The translations under genes and the position numbers were made by a program. A stretch of 64,000 bases of DNA from Eledone cirrhosa (taxonomy: Eukaryota), in contig OZ024742.1 of the NCBI GenBank assembly GCA_964016885.1, forward strand, positions 120,218,001-120,282,000, written 5' to 3'. A model generated the notes under the pieces. The model was given only the letters and a program-made list of their open reading frames with translations, had not been told where the DNA came from and ran no database searches. Of the stretch, positions 1 through 14,674 are shown piece after piece. Numbering within the stretch: the stretch's first letter is position 1; each line of letters opens with the position of its first letter.

Positions 1-960
1 GGAATTGGCATCAGATATTAAATTGTCTAAAATTACCCTATCGGTAATCATTTTATTTCTCTGGAGGTCAACCTCACTTGGATTTAAATTCAAAACGTAA
101 AAAGATGAAAGCATTTAGTGTTCTTCACCTTCTGCCAATCCCACCACCTGTCTTTTTCACAATAATATATATATATTTCTTCTACTGACATAAGATCATA
201 AATTTGCAAAAGAAGTACAGTTGGTTGAATTAACATCTAAATCTCCTTAGAAATAACTTTATCAATCATGAAATGATGAAAGAAACAGTTAACCCCAGTA
301 GGTTTTGAACTGTTAATGTAGAGAGATAAAACTACATACTTGTAAGATTCTCAATGCTATTTCTGCCAACTCAATCATTCATTTCTGCTCTATACCAATA
401 ATATCAACCAACTAAATGTCATTTGCTTATGTTACATGAGTCCTTCAAGTAATAGTCAATACTGTCTGTATTTCACTTTAAATAAGTTTGTGGACAATCA
501 ACTAATATATCAAAATGTTAAAAAGGTTGGATTAAAAATTAACTGTAATAACAACATATAGCTCAAGAAAATGATCATCAATCAAAACATTAATCTAACA
601 GTGAGGTCAATCTTTATTAAGAAAAGTCAGAGTTCCTAGATAAATTGTGAACCCAAAGGTTAATATTAATAACATGTTCAATATAATCATTCATTCCTTG
701 TCACTAATACACCCGGCCTGACAAAAAAAATGTACTCATCTACTGAAGATATTTTGATCGCTATTGCCTCATATCACCCTGAGCAATAATGTATTAAATA
801 CCAAGAAATTATCATTTGAAGATGAGTTTAATAATAGAACACTCATTTTGAATAATCTTACTGACAGAAACTTAAGTCATTGTTCATAGAGATTAGTGAT
901 GCCACATAACAGAGAAATAGAAAATATCGGTAACAGCTGACACTTTCACTTATAACTTAC

Positions 961-1012
961 TTTTTCTAATAAATCAAATATTTTTCTATCAACAGAAGTC
1001 CTGGCTTTCATA
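961..1012 (-). CDS. Putative coding exon of unidentified minus-strand host gene (xMKARTSVDRKIFDLLEK)
   Basis: Minus strand reads ctttctatttttAG|tatgaaagcc...ttagaaaaa|GTAAGT; 52 nt, phase 2 to 0, open frame; phase matches exon 8048-8116. Confidence 0.45.
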
Positions 1013-1192
1013 CTAAAAATAGAAAGGTGATATAGCATGGTCTCGTATCAGGAGAAGAAAAAAAACATTAATTTCTCTTAAACATGGAGAGAAAATACCA
1101 AAGATCATTGAATTTATATAAGAATTATAAAACTAAATTAATGTTTTATACTTGTATTTTTAGATGACTTGCTAGAGTAACATGCAATAACT

Positions 1193-1376
1193 AGACTATA
1201 AATTGGCTGTGATTATGTAGCTAAAACACTACATGGACTATAAATTGGCTGTGATTATGTAGCTAAAACTCTACATGGACTATAAATTGGTTGTGATTAT
1301 GTAACTAAAATGCTACATGGACTATATACTGGCTGTGATAATGTAGCTAAAAATACTAGATGGACTATATACTGGT
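1193..1376. repeat. 42-bp minisatellite, ~4.5 copies
   Basis: Unit ggactataaattggctgtgattatgtagctaaaacactacat recurs at 1235, 1277, 1319 and ~1362. Confidence 0.9.
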
Positions 1377-1389
1377 TGCATGGTAGTGT

Positions 1390-1747
1390 AACATGAGATG
1401 TGGCTGCAGAGGACATGTGCAAACTGGGGAGAAATGAAGCAACCATACCTCATTGTGAGAGAAAGGCAGAGTTTGGACAAGTTGAGAGGAATCCGAGGTG
1501 GTGTGTAGGAGAGAGACTGTGTTGGTATGGACATTTGATATGCATAGATGGTGATGGCTGGGTGAAGAAGTGCCAGGAAATCCCAGCAGCATGTAACCAC
1601 AGTAGAGGTAGACTGAGAAGACCTGGGCAGAGGTTGTGAGAGCTGACCTCGCATCACTGAAACTCACAGAGGAGATGATGAAGAAACACGATGAGTGGAG
1701 AGATGACCTGTTCAACCCATGCAAACATGTAAAAACGCTGATGATGA
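1390..1747 (+). mobile_element. Degraded 3' fragment of an RTE LINE
   Basis: ORF 1400-1639 has ERLCWYGHL..D..WVKKC..SRGRLRR, matching the C-terminus of the RTE at 23.1-23.3 kb; ends aacccatgc...aaacgctgatgatga. Confidence 0.8.
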
Positions 1748-1947
1748 AACAATACTCTGGGAAAAAGATGCTCTATTTTAACTAAACTTATGTGTGTGTG
1801 TTGATTAGTGATCTTATGAACATTCAGGCAGAACTTCAGAGTAACAGGATGCTGGCTCAACCTTCATAAAATTATTCATGTCTACTATGATATTAAATAC
1901 TTGTTCTCAAAACTATCAATATTATCTATAAATATACACAAAATAGA

Positions 1948-2105
1948 TGGGCTTTCGCCTGGTTATTGTTTACAAATCTTTGTTCAAAAGTCTTTGGTGA
2001 TCTTGGGGCTAGGATAGAAGACTCTTGCTCAAGATGCCATGCAGTGATACTGAATCTACAATCAGGTTGCTACTAATCAAGCTTCTTAGCCACATAAGCA
2101 TGTCT
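1948..2105 (-). mobile_element. Degraded tRNA-derived SINE
   Basis: Reverse complement gtggctaagaagc...cactgcatggcatcttgagcaagagtcttcta...gaaagccc resembles copies at 3.1, 25.8 and 52.8 kb. Confidence 0.6.
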
Positions 2106-3099
2106 GCATACATCTTAATGTCATTTATGGACATTGTTACTGAGCTAGAATTTACATGTGGGTTACTGGCTGGATTCTCACTCATCAACATCAATAGATT
2201 TTGATTTGTTTTTGTTTATTTGTTCTGGTACGGATCTGTCATATTGGCAGAAGAACTCCTTCAGGGCATTTTGAAATTTCATTTAATTTGTGAAGCATGA
2301 ATCTCCAAGATCTAATGAAGATCTGATTGGCCATATGTCCTTCAACAGAATTTAAATAAACGGCAGGGAATAATAAATAGTGTTGGGATCCACTACAATA
2401 TTAGGGAGTTAGTTCCTTAGTGTTTGACTTAAATGAATGAAATTTAATCAGCAGAGAAATTATAAATAAAAGTGATGACATCTAGTAAATGTGGCTGTAA
2501 TTACTTGCTATTTTTATAATTTATTTTTAAATATGATTAATCTAATAACTCAGCAGTAGAGTGATTAACTCTTAATATCCTGTAGTGATTTAGCAGAAAA
2601 TATCTAAAGACCGGTTTATTACTTCAAATTTTTAGAGGAAATTTATTAGTGAACAGATTGTTGTGAAAATCTGCAGTAAAAAATCCTTTTTAATGTGACA
2701 GAGTGCTGTTTTATACTTTTCAAGAATGCATCGCTATTGTGGTTTCATGTGATACAGGAGGTTAAGAATTATACATGAAACTCTTTATTTTGAACCCTAT
2801 TATTTTTTGGTCAAGGTCAACTTTGCCTTTCCTTTTGGAACCAATAAAGTAACAGGTGTTGCTATATAACTGACTGCTCCTCCTCAATTGCTGGCTTTGA
2901 GCCAAAATTAGAAATCTTCATTTTCTGGAAGATATTTTACAATGAGAACAGAGAGAAAACTTGGGAAGAAGGCATTAATAGGTGAGAAAGAAGCAAAATT
3001 CTTTACAATTAGTAAAATACAAAGGTTTTCACAGTGATATTAATAATGATATAGGTTAATATAAAAATAATAAGTTAAATGAATTAAACTGAATATCGA

Positions 3100-3440
3100 T
3101 GTTTGACTGAATGGTTTAGAAGCTTCCTCTGCATTTATAAGGTTGAGTCATTGATCCTACTACACGGTACCTTCAGTAAATATCTTCTCCCATAGCCACG
3201 TATTAAAAGAAGCCATAAATTAACTCAAACCATGCCATATGTAAGAAATTAGATACTTGGAAACTATGTGAAGGCCCATCAAATGGACTGTGTGTGTGAT
3301 TTTTAAGACACAACACTGTCACACAATATCACACTAAATTTGCCTGAAGATTATGCTAAGAATATGTGTCTGTAGAATACTCAGTTACTTATATTACAGA
3401 ACAAATAACTGCATTAATTGAACAACTGGAAGATTCATAT
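3100..3440 (+). mobile_element. Degraded tRNA-derived SINE
   Basis: gactgaatggtttagaagc...ggaaactatgtgaaggccc...cctgaagattatgc...gaatactcag, colinear with 25842-26180. Confidence 0.55.
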
Positions 3441-4784
3441 ATTGAAATCAATATGCAAGTTTATCAGCTTAAACATGAAGTCCTCATAGAATATTCAGGT
3501 TTTCTGTGATTGATAAATATGAAAAAAGTTCCAGAAAGATGCAGTTTTCTGTGTTTAGTAATAGAATGTGGGCAGTGAAATGCAGATATAATGGGAAAGA
3601 AGAGGAAAATGGATTGAGTTGGCTAGATAATAGCTACTGTATGATATAGATTTCTTTTCCTGATTGCAAAGGAAACCTCCTAACCACTCATTCAAGCACA
3701 CAACTTTGGTCATTATTATTTCCTTTAAACATTTGACATTTTATTTAGCTGGTTCTACAGGTTTCCACTTATAATTCCCTTTTATTTCTTGGAATATCAA
3801 TTTGTTAACACCAATGTCTCTGAGGGTAAATTTAATACAGTCCCTAACGGCCAATATAATCTATTTATTTCCATTGTAGATAGTAATATGTTGATAGCTA
3901 CATAGAAAGAATGCAACTGCAATAGTAACAATGTGATATCTGCATTAAGAAACTTGTCACATATATTTTTTATGATAGCTGTTAATTTACACACTTCATG
4001 CTCTTAATCCAATTGCTTCCTTTATTGCAAAAATCTACAAAAAGCAACACTACAGCAAACTTCTTTCTTTCTTCTACAGAGCTGAATAGGCAATATCTTA
4101 AATATCAACTGTCTTTTCCGACACAAATGAGCAGAAATCAGCAATTCTACTTTGAGGTTGTTCCAAAGTTCTTATCAAATGGCACAATTCAAATAGATGT
4201 AGTACATTGTGGAAAAGTAAAATGCCTTTTAAAACATGAGGTAGAGCCATTAATGTAGAAGGATAATCATGTTATTGAATGGCAAACTTTATTAGAAATG
4301 TGACTCTTTTTCTTAGCAGGAAGAATACACTCTTAAGAACAATTACACCCATTGCAATATGAAGTATGAAAATCTAACAAATATGCTAAAAAGAATTTAA
4401 AAAAAAAAAAAAAAAAAAATTCCAAAATTGTTCAATAATGTGAGCTCTGAGCACACTTATTTTGGTTTAATTTATTAAGTTAGAATAATTCAAATACAAA
4501 ATTACATCCATAAATTTCTTCAAAATTTTGACATTTATAAAAGAATGAGGAAAATAGTTTAGGATGTTTTTAGAAAATAGCATATGCGTTATATGTGACA
4601 TATTCAAGGATGTTAGATATTATAATGACATTTCACAGATAATTCATTTAACTCATGAATTCATTCAGCCAATTAAAATGGCTGTGTGTGTGAAATAAAT
4701 TCTTAAATTGGTTAAGAGAACAATGTTTAAAATATCTTTTATTTAGGAAGATTTACAGCTAATAATACAATCAAGCTATTCCCT

Positions 4785-4786
<2 letters not shown>

Positions 4787-4824
<38 letters not shown>

Positions 4825-4863
4825 ACACACACATATATGTATACATGTATGTATACATATATG

Positions 4864-4947
<84 letters not shown>

Positions 4948-4991
4948 TATATATATATACACATATATATACACATATATATACCCACAAG

Positions 4992-5027
<36 letters not shown>

Positions 5028-5115
5028 CATATATACACACACATATATATAAACATATATATATATATATACAAACATGTAAGTATATCTGTATCTGTGT
5101 GTGTATATATATATA
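4787..5115. repeat. Compound (TA)n/(CA)n microsatellite
   Basis: Direct reading. Confidence 0.95.
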
Positions 5116-6219
5116 AACCCATGCTATGGTGGAAAATGGACGTTAAACGAAGATGATGATGATGATGATACATACACACATACATACATACACACAAACA
5201 TACACAATGGTTTCCCATGTCAGAGCTGACATACAAATGTTGATTATGAATGTCGTTTTTTGAAGTTATGTGGGGGCTGACATTGCTTTAGACAGTTTAC
5301 AGTTGATTATAGACACACAAGACATGTACATAGGGGGTGGGAGAAAAGAAAATAAGTTGTAAAGGAGCCAATGTAGTAAAGTGACAAAGGAGACAAAATA
5401 AAAGAAAGTTAAGAAGTGGTGGGTGTTGCATTGTTGTTTTGTAGCTCCAGGTGAGCTTTGCACGAATAAATCAACAATTAAAAGCAATTTAGCCATGATT
5501 CTGCCATCTTATTTCCAGAAATTGTATATCTAGGACTACATTATCCTACACGTTCTTCCATTTTTAAGATGGTTGGGTATGATTTGAGAGATTTGACTGC
5601 TGTTTCTAACAGGTCATGTGACCATGAAGAGTGGCTAATTGGAGGTGGCATGATATCAGCAAGAGAGAGGAAAGGAAAATACATTTGTGGGTCATCGGTT
5701 GAATAGCCTTGGTTAAGGTCTAAAATGTCTGTGTGTATACAGATAGCAATGTCTTAGATGTTATGAGCAGTAAATCATTGAAGGTTTTACCTGAGATTTC
5801 TAATGAGTTATTAGTTACTCTGAAGTAAAGTACTTTGCAGCTGTGAAGAGAAAGGTCAGTCTTTTGTATATTGAAGTTGTTCATTAAGGAGAAGGAATGA
5901 GGTGTTCTGTTTTCTTGATGTGAGCAGAGATTCTCTTGTTGCTGTTGGAGGAGACAAGATTTACCTGACCCCATTGGAGGAAGTCTTCATGAAGCCAGTA
6001 CAGATTTGGTGTATGTGTATTGGATGATACAATTGTTGTACAGTCTGATATGACAGAAATAATAATTGTTTCTACTTTAGGCACAAGGCCAGCAATTAAC
6101 CAGTGCATTACTATAATGATGTGTGATGATACTCTATAGCAAATCCAACCAACCAATGCTAATATTAAAAAGTGAACTTTAAAACGTTATTGCCTTTGCA
6201 TCCACACATGCAAATTAAG

Positions 6220-6343
<124 letters not shown>

Positions 6344-6350
6344 TTTAACT

Positions 6351-6418
6351 CCGACGGCAGAGCTCAAGCCGTTTCGATGGCTATATAGCCGTCGAAACGG
6401 CTTGAGCTCTGCCGTCGG
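6351..6418. repeat. 68-nt loopless palindrome within a ~170-nt GC-richer insert (6342-6514)
   Basis: ccgacggcagagctcaagccgtttcga-T-ggctatatagcc-G-tcgaaacggcttgagctctgccgtcgg; one T.G mismatch. Confidence 0.95.
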
Positions 6419-6512
6419 GGTCCTACTTGTTCCTATTACCCACTCTACTACCCTAAGTATTGAGTAGTCTGGTGCGTTATGGTCCATCTGGTCCTTTACC
6501 ACACTTCCTTCG

Positions 6513-6570
<58 letters not shown>

Positions 6571-7072
6571 TTAAAGCTATACTTCCCTACATATCTCTAA
6601 GTAAAATCAAAAAGAATCAATAATGATGAGATTCTAAGTTGAGATCAATAGATATATAAAAATTAACAATAGTCAGTATCTGGTAAGTACATGTAGGATG
6701 GAGACGCTCCTTGTGTTGTACATGGTAGGAACAATTTGTAGTTATGTGGTTTCCATCACATTCATAATACATCCTAGATCAAAGATAACACATAAAAGAC
6801 ATTGAATATAGCAACAAAGGGTTGAAAGTGCATGAGAAAACTGCTTTGTATTTAGGGGATTGGGTGAAGAATTTTCAATTCCCAACAGCTATTAACCCAT
6901 TACAAAGTACAAGTATACAGAACCAGATCAGAATATTGTTCACACATTGTAAATATCCACTTAAATACATATGGGAACGCATAGCAAGGAATTAATACTC
7001 AAGTTACCTAAGAACAAACACACACTTAGATATAAATATGTTGTTTATACATAAATATATATGTGTGTATGT

Positions 7073-7109
<37 letters not shown>

Positions 7110-7502
7110 AATCTCCCTGTGGATAAATTTAACTTTAAGAGAAAGTTGAGGCATATTCTGAACAATGACAGGAATTGAGTAGAACACTTTGAATATCTTA
7201 ATATTCAAAATCATTTCTCTCTGTAAATGTTTGTTTTATGGGAAGTGGGATCATAAACATAAATAATGAAGCAAAAAAAACAACAAAAAAAAACAAAACA
7301 AGAAGAAAGAATGATCAGCTATCAAATTAGAATGCCTTACAGAGTAAAAAATAAACATGATTCAGAAGATTGAAACTAAACTCTCTGAACTCTCCAAAAT
7401 ATATTATGCCAGCCAATATTCAGTGGAAATCTATTTTTAGAAAAAAAAGAGAGGAAAGTGTTTCAATCTCTCTATCACACACACACACACATACATATAT
7501 TT

Positions 7503-7547
<45 letters not shown>

Positions 7548-7589
7548 GTAAAACCTTGTATTTTTTCAACTCCAAGGAAAAAGTCGGTT

Positions 7590-7746
7590 ACAGCTGTGCC
7601 AAACCAGCATAGTTATTTCCCTTTACGATCTGAGTTCAAATCCCGTCGAGGTTGACTTTATTTTATCGACCCCGTAAGGATGAAAGGCAAAGTACCAGTA
7701 ATGCACTGGTATTTGCTGGCCTTGTGCCTAAAGTAGAAACAATTAT
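7590..7746 (+). mobile_element. tRNA-derived SINE with an internal micro-inversion
   Basis: B-box gagttcaaatcc; tail ccagtaatgcactgg...ctggccttgtgcctaaagtagaaacaatta matches the reverse complement of 53494-53680. Confidence 0.75.
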
Positions 7747-8047
7747 TTAAATGAACATATTTTTTATTTATCTTACTTTGTTTCGTTTGCTCTGAATGTG
7801 TGAAGAACAATTTAGTTGAAAACTGAGCATTGATTAAAAGAAAAAAAGGTAAAGAAATCAGGTGTAATATGAACAAAGACAAAGAATAGTAATTTAAAAA
7901 AACAAAACAAAAAAAAAACACCCCAGATATTATGCAAATTCTATTGGAAAGATAATTTTCAGACAAACATGCCATTTTACAAGAAGCAAAATTTAGATTT
8001 TCAGCTGTAAAGTTTACAAAATTATGGCAGCAAATTTGTTTTGATAC

Positions 8048-8116
8048 CTCAGTGCAGTATACACATAGCTAATAATTGTAACAATGCAACTAGAACGAAA
8101 TATGATAAATATGTAT
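8048..8116 (-). CDS. Putative coding exon, hydrophobic (xYIFIIFRSSCIVTIISYVYTALx)
   Basis: cttcctctttatcttttAG|atacata...gcactgag|GTATC; 69 nt, phase 2 to 2. An alternative frame would make it a terminal exon TYLSYFVLVALLQLLAMCILH*. Confidence 0.4.
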
Positions 8117-9598
8117 CTAAAAGATAAAGAGGAAGTGGAAAATGGGTCATCCATCCCCAACCAAATTATGAATATTACTATGAGAAGAGACTTGTTGAGA
8201 AATATTGATTGCATTGAAACAAAGAAAGGGAAAGCTAGTTCAATTTCCTACTGGAGCAAAAAATAATCTAAATATCACCAATTCCCATAGTGCTGAGAGA
8301 CAAACACAAAGGTAGATTGTTAATACATTCCTGTTAAAAACCTAAATAACAATCAGATATTATCAATCCAAACCTAATTTCTAGCTAGGTTGTCTGTTGG
8401 ATTTGTATTATCTACAATACCTATATTCTATAATGCACATTTTCAAAATTACAACAGCATTGTTATGAAAAGGGTCCAGAAGGATTCTTGAGTGAGAAGG
8501 AAAGGATAATGCAATAGTTAAATGACTGGGTTCTCATGAGTTCTGCAGAAAACAAGATATTAAAAGTAAAAGTTTAACAGGATGATAATCAGATATTCAT
8601 ATCAGACAAATGTATTTGCCAATCAATAATAATAATTAAAAAATCAACATTTCTTTCAAACAATCTCTACATTTTTAAGTATAACAAGATTACATCTATT
8701 TGGAATTAATCTGCAAATTTACCAACACGCACATGCATTCTCTTTCTCTCTCTCTATTACAGATGTACACTCACATAATCTGCCAGTCATGCGAATAGAA
8801 ATTACATTTTTAACAATGAGAATGATTCCAGATGTCAATCTTGACTTCTAAATGATACAGAATGTCATATCATTTACGCTTATGCAGTACTTATACTTAT
8901 CATTGAAAACTTAAATATATACAAAATATCATCAAATGTATCTAGTCAGAAAATTTAACAGAAACAACACTCCAGTAATTATCCATTACTGGATAATTCT
9001 ACTCTGGTAAAACATCAACATTGATGGTGCATAAGTGAAAACAAACACAAAGGAAATTATTTTAATGACTTTGTTTTCATTAACTAAGACATAGCAAGAT
9101 TGTTTTAAATGGATAAAGAAAAAGCAAAGCAACTTTATAAATAATTTAAAGAATAACACAAGTAGTTATTGTTTAATATATAACAAAGACTTAGGTTTAA
9201 GAATATATATGGCTTACATGAATATTTTAATAGATGAATATTACCACAAAGAAACTCAAGAACATTACATGGACTTACTACATTATTCACATCTATTTCT
9301 AAAATGTTTCTTTAGTTTAATATATACTTTTACAATGATACACTGTCTCTATTGCTTGTCGTTTTATTGATTGTGCAGCTTATTGGGAAATCGTAACATT
9401 TTGCAACTAAATTTTGATTGAGAGAAGTACATAAGTTTTTCCGATTCTGTACACTATTACCCATGATAAAATCAATAACATAATGGTAAATAATTTTAAA
9501 AAAATGATTTAAAACGAAAAAAATGTGTTCAAATAATCAAGTATTATCAATGAAAGATAGATAGATAGGTAAAGCAAATAAAGAAGCAGAGGGGTATC

Positions 9599-10610
<1,012 letters not shown>

Positions 10611-11071
10611 GAGAGAGATTTATAGACATTCATTGTTCCATAAATTAGATGAAGTACTTAGGAGTAATACATTTTTTTGACAAGCTAAAAGGCCACTTTT
10701 ACAGTTGACTGGATTAAGTCCTGTATATGTATTATTGGTAGTTATTTTATCAACCTTGTCAAGATGAAAAGTTGTGTCATGATCCTAAGTAAGATATCAA
10801 CTATAAAATGTTGGATGAGGCTGAGCTAGACACTGTAAATTATTTAATGTAGCTCTCTGTACAGTCTGAGTAAACTTCACACTATCACTACTACTACCAT
10901 CATCACCGCCACCACCATCACCACTATAATAATGATGATGATGATGATGATGATGATGAAAATGATAATAATGTTCATTTTAATCCTTATTAGATGTATG
11001 ATATTGAGAGGGAAAGAGACATTGCAAATGAAACTGTATGGAGATTTATTGTTCGATGATTTAAGTCATAC

Positions 11072-11153
11072 TCTAACGAGATGGAATAATAATGATTCTT
11101 TTTGACAGGAATACTCTCTTGCGTATTCACTTTGAACACAAGAGTATGCGTGT
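11072..11153 (-). CDS. Putative coding exon (xTHTLVFKVNTQESIPVKKNHYYSISLx)
   Basis: ttctcttactgtgccAG|acacgc...gttaga|GTATGA; 82 nt, phase 1 to 2; bridges exons 11272-11370 and 8048-8116. Confidence 0.35.
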
Positions 11154-11271
11154 CTGGCACAGTAAGAGAATTACAATAAAACAACTACTCTGTGATTACA
11201 AATATATATCTAGTAGAAAATATAGACAAACTTATACAAATAGCTAGAAAGCAAATAAAATAAGAAATTAC

Positions 11272-11370
11272 TTTCCATCTTCAAGGTCATGAGGTCAAGC
11301 AGTGTAAAATAAAAACTGAAGAAGCCAGCACCTGTATGAGGTGTCACAAATGATGCAAGTGAAAATAAAT
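11272..11370 (-). CDS. Putative coding exon, hydrophobic (xLFSLASFVTPHTGAGFFSFYFTLLDLMTLKMEx)
   Basis: ttctaattttAG|atttattttc...gatggaaa|GTAATT; 99 nt, only one open frame, phase 1 to 1. Confidence 0.45.
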
Positions 11371-11388
11371 CTAAAATTAGAATCCTAA

Positions 11389-11710
11389 ATCATCATCATC
11401 ACCATTTTACATCTATTTTCCAGACAGGTGGTCACACTCTGAGGCGAGACAGGCTGGACAAATGACTGTGTCTTAATCATTTTGGCAGGGTTCTACTGCA
11501 GGATGTACTTCCTAGTGCCAACTAATTTACAGTGTATACAGGGTTCATCTTCTTGTGGAACCAGCACTACAACTTTACAGTGTGGGCTGGGTGCATTTTA
11601 TTGTGACACCAACACAAGCAATTTACAGTATGAGCTGGGTACATTTTATTCTGGCACAAGCACTACAACTTTACAGAATGGGCTGGGTGCATTTTATTGC
11701 AACACTAAAC
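11389..11710 (-). mobile_element. RTE-type 3' tail remnant with internal ~50-bp tandem units
   Basis: (cat)n tail, ttctactgcaggatg...cctagtgccaac, repeated actttacagtgtgggctgggtgcatttt units. Confidence 0.65.
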
Positions 11711-12219
11711 AGCTATGGTAAATTGATATTAACACATTTGTTACTATATTTCTAATGAAAGAAACTACCCATGTCTTTCAAATGATTTTAAAAATCAAGA
11801 ATTTGGCAGGATTTAATAACATAGATTTGTCAGTATTAAGATGGTATTTGAAAGATAACTTGAAAAAGGTTGTAACATAAAATGATGATGGAAGATTTTT
11901 AAATAAATATAAACATTTAAAAATAAGATTATTACAATCATAGAACCAGTAGTAGCTTCAAGTAGTTTAGCCTCAATAAAGTTCAGGAAAACTAGAAGGT
12001 TAATACTCAATATGACAGTGGAAGCCGATCAAGAAATAATTCTATCTGCTGAGAAGGTTGGGTTTTAAATCTGGGGCTGAAGGATTTGTCATTATTGCAC
12101 ACAACCAAAGTCTTTCTACCAGAAAGAAGATAAACTGTCAAAAGTCTAACATAAAGAAGTAGAATGTGAAACATAACTTCACAAACAAGAGATTATATTA
12201 TTTCTGCTTGTTAAGCAGA

Positions 12220-12458
12220 TAATTCTTTTGATACCAACCTGAAACTGCCCTCGGTTCTATGATTTAAAAGAATGTCTTTTAAAATGTTCATGTCTATCTA
12301 AAAATCTTTCAACATGATTTCATGTAAGAACTTTTTGTTAATTAATGTTCCAAACATCAGATAATAAAAAAGTTATTTTACTAAGATTCCTCCAAATTTA
12401 TTATTTCTAAAATTGATTGAAACACCATGACAATGTATTTCATAGTAACAAAACGGTT

Positions 12459-12460
<2 letters not shown>
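12220..12460. mobile_element. Degraded MITE-like repeat with ttaaccc-type termini (piggyBac-like by inference)
   Basis: Similar copies at 13231-13490, ~26557-26712 and ~31067-31229 (last two reversed); ends read cttttgatacc... and ...aaa(g/c)ggttaa. Confidence 0.5.
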
Positions 12461-12509
<49 letters not shown>

Positions 12510-13230
12510 AATAAATATGATGAAGTTGAAAACACAAGAAACTGAGCATTTCCGACACCTAAAGTACAAACATATAGCCCAGAGTTTTATAGAAAATAAA
12601 TGATATGAGAAATCCCAGTTCTCAGTAACAAGGGAATAAAAGTAAATTTCTTAGATATTGGTTTCAAGGGCTTTCAAAAGCGGGGGGAAAAGTTTCCTGA
12701 TAGCTATATCTGTTCTAGTGAAGGACAGCTATAGAAATATAAATATTTGGAAATGAAACCTCTAAAATGTGAAAACTAGGAACAAAAGCAGTCTCCATCA
12801 TAACAGAATTGTACATGCATGGTTCCATAATTCCCAAAGGAGTCATAGGAGTGCTGTATCGACGTGGCACATCTTGGTCATTTGTAAACCTGGTGAAACC
12901 CATCTCCTCTTCAGGCCTGCGTACAGCAGATTTCTTCCAGAGAAGGATAGAAAGGGTGTGAGAAAGAAATGAAAAAGAAGAATCGACCTTTGTACTAAAC
13001 TCATACTTTTTTTTATTGACCTCAAATAGATGAAAGGCAAAGTTGACCTTGGCAGCATTTGAACTCAGAGAGCAGATAGCCAAAACAAATACCACAAAGC
13101 ATTCTATCTGACGTTCTAATGACTTTGTTATAACAAATGATAAAAGAGGAACAGTAAAATATGAAATTCAACATATACTCAATAGCTCTATGCTAAATCA
13201 TCTATGCCATATATCTTTGCAGAGTGCTAC

Positions 13231-13490
13231 CAATCCTTTTGATACTATACCACCTGAAACCACCAATGGTTCAATGATACAAAGCTATTTATTTTTTAAA
13301 TTGTTTAAATTTATAGTTAGATTTCCATCATAATTTCATGAGGAGCCTTAAGTAATGTTCCAAACACAAGCTTAATAATAAGAAAGTTAGTTATCTTATT
13401 AAATCCCTCCAAATTTTGATTACTTTATAGACAGTGTCTTTAATTATAGACAGTGTCTTTCATTAGAAATATGGTAACAAAAGAGTTAAT
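13231..13490. mobile_element. Second copy of the MITE-like repeat
   Basis: ccttttgatac..acctgaaac..ggttc..atgttccaaaca..tccaaattt..atggtaacaaaagagttaa, colinear with 12220-12460. Confidence 0.5.
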
Positions 13491-14552
13491 ATAAAAAAAA
13501 AAGAAAGACACTTCCTAAAATGAAGGTGCACAAAGCTCGGCTATGGAAGGAAAGCTCATGTCAGTAATAACAGTGTAGTACTGAAATTATATAAAGATGA
13601 TAAATTATTTCTTAAGTGAGTGCAGGCAACTGAATTAGATCTATTCTTCATTTTAGTGACACATGGATGAAAGGCTAGTGGATTTGAACTTGAAATTCTG
13701 AGGAAAACTATAATATATTTTATCCAGTGCTCTATCTTCTCCAACATTTTCACTACTCCAAAAACGATGAAGATAATAATAATAATAACTCCATAAAAAA
13801 TATCATCTTCGTTATTATTATTATCAATAATGATGATAATGATGATGATGATAATTTCTGATCAGACATGAATACTATGATTTATAGAGTTGGAGATATT
13901 AGTATAAGTCATGTAGTTGGATTGCTTAGAGCATAGCATTACATCATGGCACCATCCAATGATTAAAGGATTAAGATAAATCAGCTTTAAAATAATGGGA
14001 CATTTCCTTTTTTATATTATTATTATTATCATATCTCATTGCAGCAGTTTCGGTAAAAAAAATAAATGACTAAAATAAAACCTTCAATTTATTGATTGTT
14101 AAAACCAGAAGAAAAGCAACACAGTGTTAAAAAACAAATAAAAACAAAACAAAACAAATTAAATTATATTTGTCTTTGTTTGAATTTTTAAATTATCTGA
14201 ACTTGAAAGGTGATAAGTGTATGATTTATGACTAAAAATTTAAAAATTAAGAAGAGGAAGTTAAGTAAAAGTGAGAGGAAGTGAGAAAGAAAGATGTTAC
14301 AGAATTCAATTATATTTAGGAAGGACAGATATTCTGTTTAAAATGAGTAGCAAGGGCTTTTATATTACAGACCCAACACTGGTGCACTTCATATGATATA
14401 TTCTCGTTTTATTGATAGAATTCACAAAAATCAAAAGTAATATCATTTGTGATTTACGATTATTTGTAATAAATGAATTGAATTATATTTATTAAGTATA
14501 GAACGATATTATTTCATTGCTTATACATTACTCAAAGCAGAATAATTCTTAC

Positions 14553-14577
14553 AAATGCACCACACAAACTTTCTCTG
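14553..14577 (-). CDS. Putative 25-nt microexon (QRKFVWCIx)
   Basis: ctattatttcaatctAG|cagagaaag...gcattt|GTAAGA; phase 0 to 1; NAGNAG acceptor. Confidence 0.3.
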
Positions 14578-14632
14578 CTAGATTGAAATAATAGAAGATC
14601 ATATAATGACTTTAAATACAGGCCTTAAGTCA

Positions 14633-14671
<39 letters not shown>

Positions 14672-14674
<3 letters not shown>

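Noticed and set aside
4771-5236. YI/CV/HT/SL/RE-rich ORFs here and at 9.5-10.6, 24-25 and 33-35 kb
   Set aside because: Translations of dinucleotide and tetranucleotide microsatellites
12715-13095. 126-aa minus-strand ORF as a host exon
   Set aside because: Overlaps a SINE, and similar sequence recurs at ~46490-46720, so it is repeat-derived
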